From positions 4,402,001-4,466,000 of the forward strand of contig JBHGNT010000022.1 of the NCBI GenBank assembly GCA_043228905.1: a stretch of 64,000 nt of DNA, given 5' to 3'. This DNA comes from Azolla caroliniana (taxonomy: Eukaryota; Plantae; Polypodiophyta). Positions 60,771 to 64,000 of the stretch are shown here, in pieces. Each line of letters starts with the position of its first letter. The stretch's first letter is position 1. A program made the translations under genes and the position numbers. The notes under the pieces were generated by a model. The model saw only the letters and a list, made by a program, of their open reading frames with translations, had not been told where the DNA came from and did not search any database.

Positions 60771-63700
60771 GGCGAAAGACCCGGTTGATCACCATCGCCG
60801 AAATCTCTCACCTTTTTCCTTTCTTGGCACATACCGGTGGATGTGCGGTTTGGTGGGGGTGGATGTCGTGAAGATTTCCGGCTATAGTGTGAAACCGGGG
60901 TGGAATAGGCAAGTCGGTGGTGTGCAACATGTGCACATGTATACTAGGATATGGTGTATAGAAAGAGAGGGGAAATTTTTGTCCCACATTGTAAGGTCCC
61001 TCCCTCCTTGGGCTATAAAAGGAAGGAAGGGGTCACTTATGAAGGGGTTGCCTATTTTGTGCGAGTAAGGTATACCACTTAGTCTAGGGTTCTCCCTCTT
61101 CCCATTTCGTTTTACGGTTAGGGTTTCGGTTAGGGTTTTCTTCTTGGGTTTCTCTTTAGGGTTTTCGGATAGTCATTTTGGTGCGGCCATGGCGGCCACC
61201 ATTGTTGTAACCATTCGTTGTTTTAATATAACTTGTTGAGCATCTTGCCTCCGCCGATCCCTCCTTCGATGTCGTGGTCTTATTCTTTCCTCTTCTCCTC
61301 TTGAGCTAAGCCTCCATATCATGTCCTATTCTTTCTCCTCCACTCCCTAGTCCAAGACCCCCGCGGTCCCGCCCCTTCTACACGCACGCGCGTAACAACG
61401 CGACACCGGTTTTGCATCCGACATGTTGAACTGCTGAAGCACCTGTGTCACATACTCTTCTTGTGACAACCACAATAGCTTCTTCTTCCGGTCCCTCATG
61501 ATGTGCATCCCTAAGATTTTTCTTTCCGGACCAAAATCTTTCATGGAGAAGGTCCGGTTCAAGGCCTTCTTCAGCATCCCGATTTTGGTTCCATCCGGTC
61601 CGACAATCAACATGTCATCCACATACAGGAGTATCAGGAAATCGCCTCCATCAATTTCTTCACAAACACGCAGTGATCGGCTTGCATTCTGTGGTACCCT
61701 TGATCGGTCATGAAGGAGTCAAACTTCCGGTACCATTGCCGGGGGGCTTGCTTCAATCCGTATAAGCTCTTCTTCAGCCGGCACACCAGGTGCTCATTCC
61801 CTTTCTTCTCAAATCCTTCCGGTTGATGCATGTAGATCTCTTCCTTGATGTCGCCATGTAGGAATGTCGTCTTGACGTCCAATTACTCTACCTCGAGGTC
61901 CATGCTTGCCACTATGCCCAATACCGTCTGGATGGATTTCATCTTTACTACCGGGGCAAAGATCTCATCGAAATCCACACCTTTCTTCTGCTAGAAACCC
62001 TTCACGACGATCCGAGCCTTGTACCTCGGTGGATTTCTGGCGTCTCCTGGTTTCAGCTTGTATACCCACTTATTCCGGAGTGTTCTCTTTCCTTTTGACA
62101 GCTCCGTCAATTCATATGTGTGGTTCTCATGCAGGGAATCCATCTCGTCCTGCATGGCACAAGTAACCACTTGCGACTGTGGGTGTTTTTCTTTGCTTTC
62201 TTGAAGCTTTCCGACTCCCCCTCATCAGTAAGCAACACGTGCTCGGTATCCGGGAATCTCCGAGGGCTCTTCTCTCTCGGAGAGGATATCTCTAACCTTG
62301 GTTTTTGGCAACCGGTTCCTCCGTCTGTTCCTCATCCTCATCTGATTCAGGATCTTGTCTGTAGTGTCTTCTTCTTCTTCTTTGGTCGGTTCGGTTTCTT
62401 GTCCGAATTCAACCGGTTCGTCGAGTGTCATCTGGTTACCGGCTAACATTTGGTTTCCAACTGGGTAAATCCTTGTGTCCTCAAACTTTTTCTTCGTCGA
62501 TTGATCTGGAGTCCATCATCTTCTTCTCCGACTCCCATTCGGCAATGGTCTTGTCTTCCATGAAGACTATGTCCCGACTCCGGAACACCTTCTTGTCAAC
62601 GAGATCCCACACCCGGTACCTGAACTCATCATTGTTGTATCCAAGGAATATACATGGCTTGGACTTCGGATCTAGCTTTGCTCTAGTCCTTTGCAACATG
62701 CACATATGCGAGACAGCCAAACACCTTCAGATGCCGGTAAGACACATCTTTACTAGCCCATACTTTCTACGGTGAGTCTCCTTCCAAGGGTGCTAAGGGT
62801 GATCTTTTTATCACATAGGTCTTCATCATTAGTGCCTCAGCCCAAAACGTCTTAGCTAACTTGGCATGTTCATCCGTTGAGCCAGCCCGTTCAATTCCAA
62901 CGTCTTCGGCATGGTGAATTCGAGCCGGATTCCCTTCGATCGGCAGTACTCCTCGAACTGCCCCTGGTATTATCCTCCATTATCTGCTCGAATCGCCTTT
63001 AGCTTCCGACCGGTTTCCCTTTCCACTCTCGCGTGTAGTTCCTTGAAGATAGATAACACCTGATCCTTCATCTTTAGCAGAGAGACCCACAACTTCCGGC
63101 TGTGGTCGTCTATGAACATCACGAAGTACTGCAATCCGGCATGTGACTTTGTGTCCACATGACACACATCGGTATGCACCAGCTCCAGTGGTGCATTCCA
63201 TCTCATCGGTGGTCTTGACCGGAAGGAGGTTCAGTTTTGCTTGTCAACCAAGCAGTCGGTGCACTTCTCAAGTTGCACGTCTTTTACCTCTGGAATGAGG
63301 TTATCTTCGGCAAGTCTTCTCATCCTCTTCTGACTCATGTGACACAACTCACCGGTAGTGTCGGATGCTACGTTCGCTTCTTCTCGGCATATCTAGGCAT
63401 GCATCAGATAGAACGTGTTGATCTTCTGGGCTCGAGCCACGATCATGCTTCCTTTGGTGAATTTCATGACTCCGTTCCGGATTCTACCTGTGTAGCCTTC
63501 ATCATCTAGCCGACCGGCTGATATCAGGTTCAACCGAACCTCCGGAACGTGTCAGACTTCTTTCAACAGCACTTTGCATGCAGTTGATGTCGTCAACAAC
63601 ACATCTCCTATGTCGACAATTTGGCATGTACCTTCATTACCCATCCAGACACAACCGTGATCTCTGGCTATGTAGGATGAGAAGCATTTTCGGTTCGGTG

Positions 63701-64000
63701 TCAAATGGAACGATGCTACGGAATTGACAACCCACGTTGTCACATCGCCAACAAGGGTTAGCTCATTCTCCTCAGTGATGAGCAACAGTTCTTCTTCACT
63801 TGTCATGATCGCCGACATTCCTTTCCGATCCCAGCATAGTGCCGATTTTCTCCCTGAGCACATGAGCTTTACTTTCTTAATTGAAGTTGTTATATAGGTA
63901 AATGTTGATGAAGCACCGGATGTATGTCGTTGTCTTCATGTGCATCACCTCCCATGTCGTGGCATCGATCTTGTCCGGTTTCTTGTCCCCGAACTGTACT

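Larger units (their letters stand above)
56772..61405 (+). mobile_element. Non-autonomous Gag-only LTR element L, related to I
   Basis: 542-bp LTRs 56772-57313 and 60864-61405 with about 4 mismatches, TSD CCGG, perfect Trp PBS 57318-57335 and PPT ggtgggggtgga. No PR, RT, RH or INT motifs. Confidence 0.94.
49647..64000 (-). mobile_element. Degenerate Ty1/copia element M (A/O family), running off the window; host of K, a solo LTR and L
   Basis: The 3' LTR 49647-49749 plus 55192-55655 is split by K (acacaggatg|tttacgtggaaaaccct, as in the O LTR). PPT 55658-55669. RH, RT, INT and protease pieces lie at 55670-56155, 56584-56771 and 61406-63860. Confidence 0.88.

Noticed and set aside
63860-63965. 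Short AT-rich segment interrupting gag of M
   Set aside because: It may be filler DNA, but no termini or TSD could be defined and it lies at the window edge.

Overview
This window is eukaryotic, almost certainly land-plant heterochromatin. The retroelement types suggest a seed-free plant (fern, lycophyte or bryophyte), which is an inference. It is a nest of about 15 LTR retrotransposons with no host gene, RNA gene or CRISPR array. Ty1/copia elements come from three groups: a Tork/Tnt1-like group (A, O, M; E is a gag relic that may belong here), a GC-rich 'MDRGM..EKL' group (B, C, D, F, H, K; N is a more distant relative), and a related AT-rich group (G). Ty3/gypsy elements come from two groups: a tRNA-Trp-primed group (autonomous-type element I and Gag-only element L) and a young Athila/Tat-like element J with an intact extra 3' ORF of about 890 aa. 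Nesting read from TSDs and interrupted reading frames is B[A], E[D], F[G[H], I[J]] and N[O, M[K, solo LTR, L]]. The highlights are: (1) both Trp-primed elements sit in CCGG with a 4-bp TSD and look like an autonomous/non-autonomous pair; (2) element I has a -1 frameshift signal (A_AAU_UUU plus a pseudoknot) after the protease; (3) element J carries the extra ORF and lacks a canonical PPT; (4) one copia family has a duplicated PPT motif, a Pol C-terminal extension and conserved hairpins around the PPT/U3 junction. All alignments and mismatch counts were done by eye.
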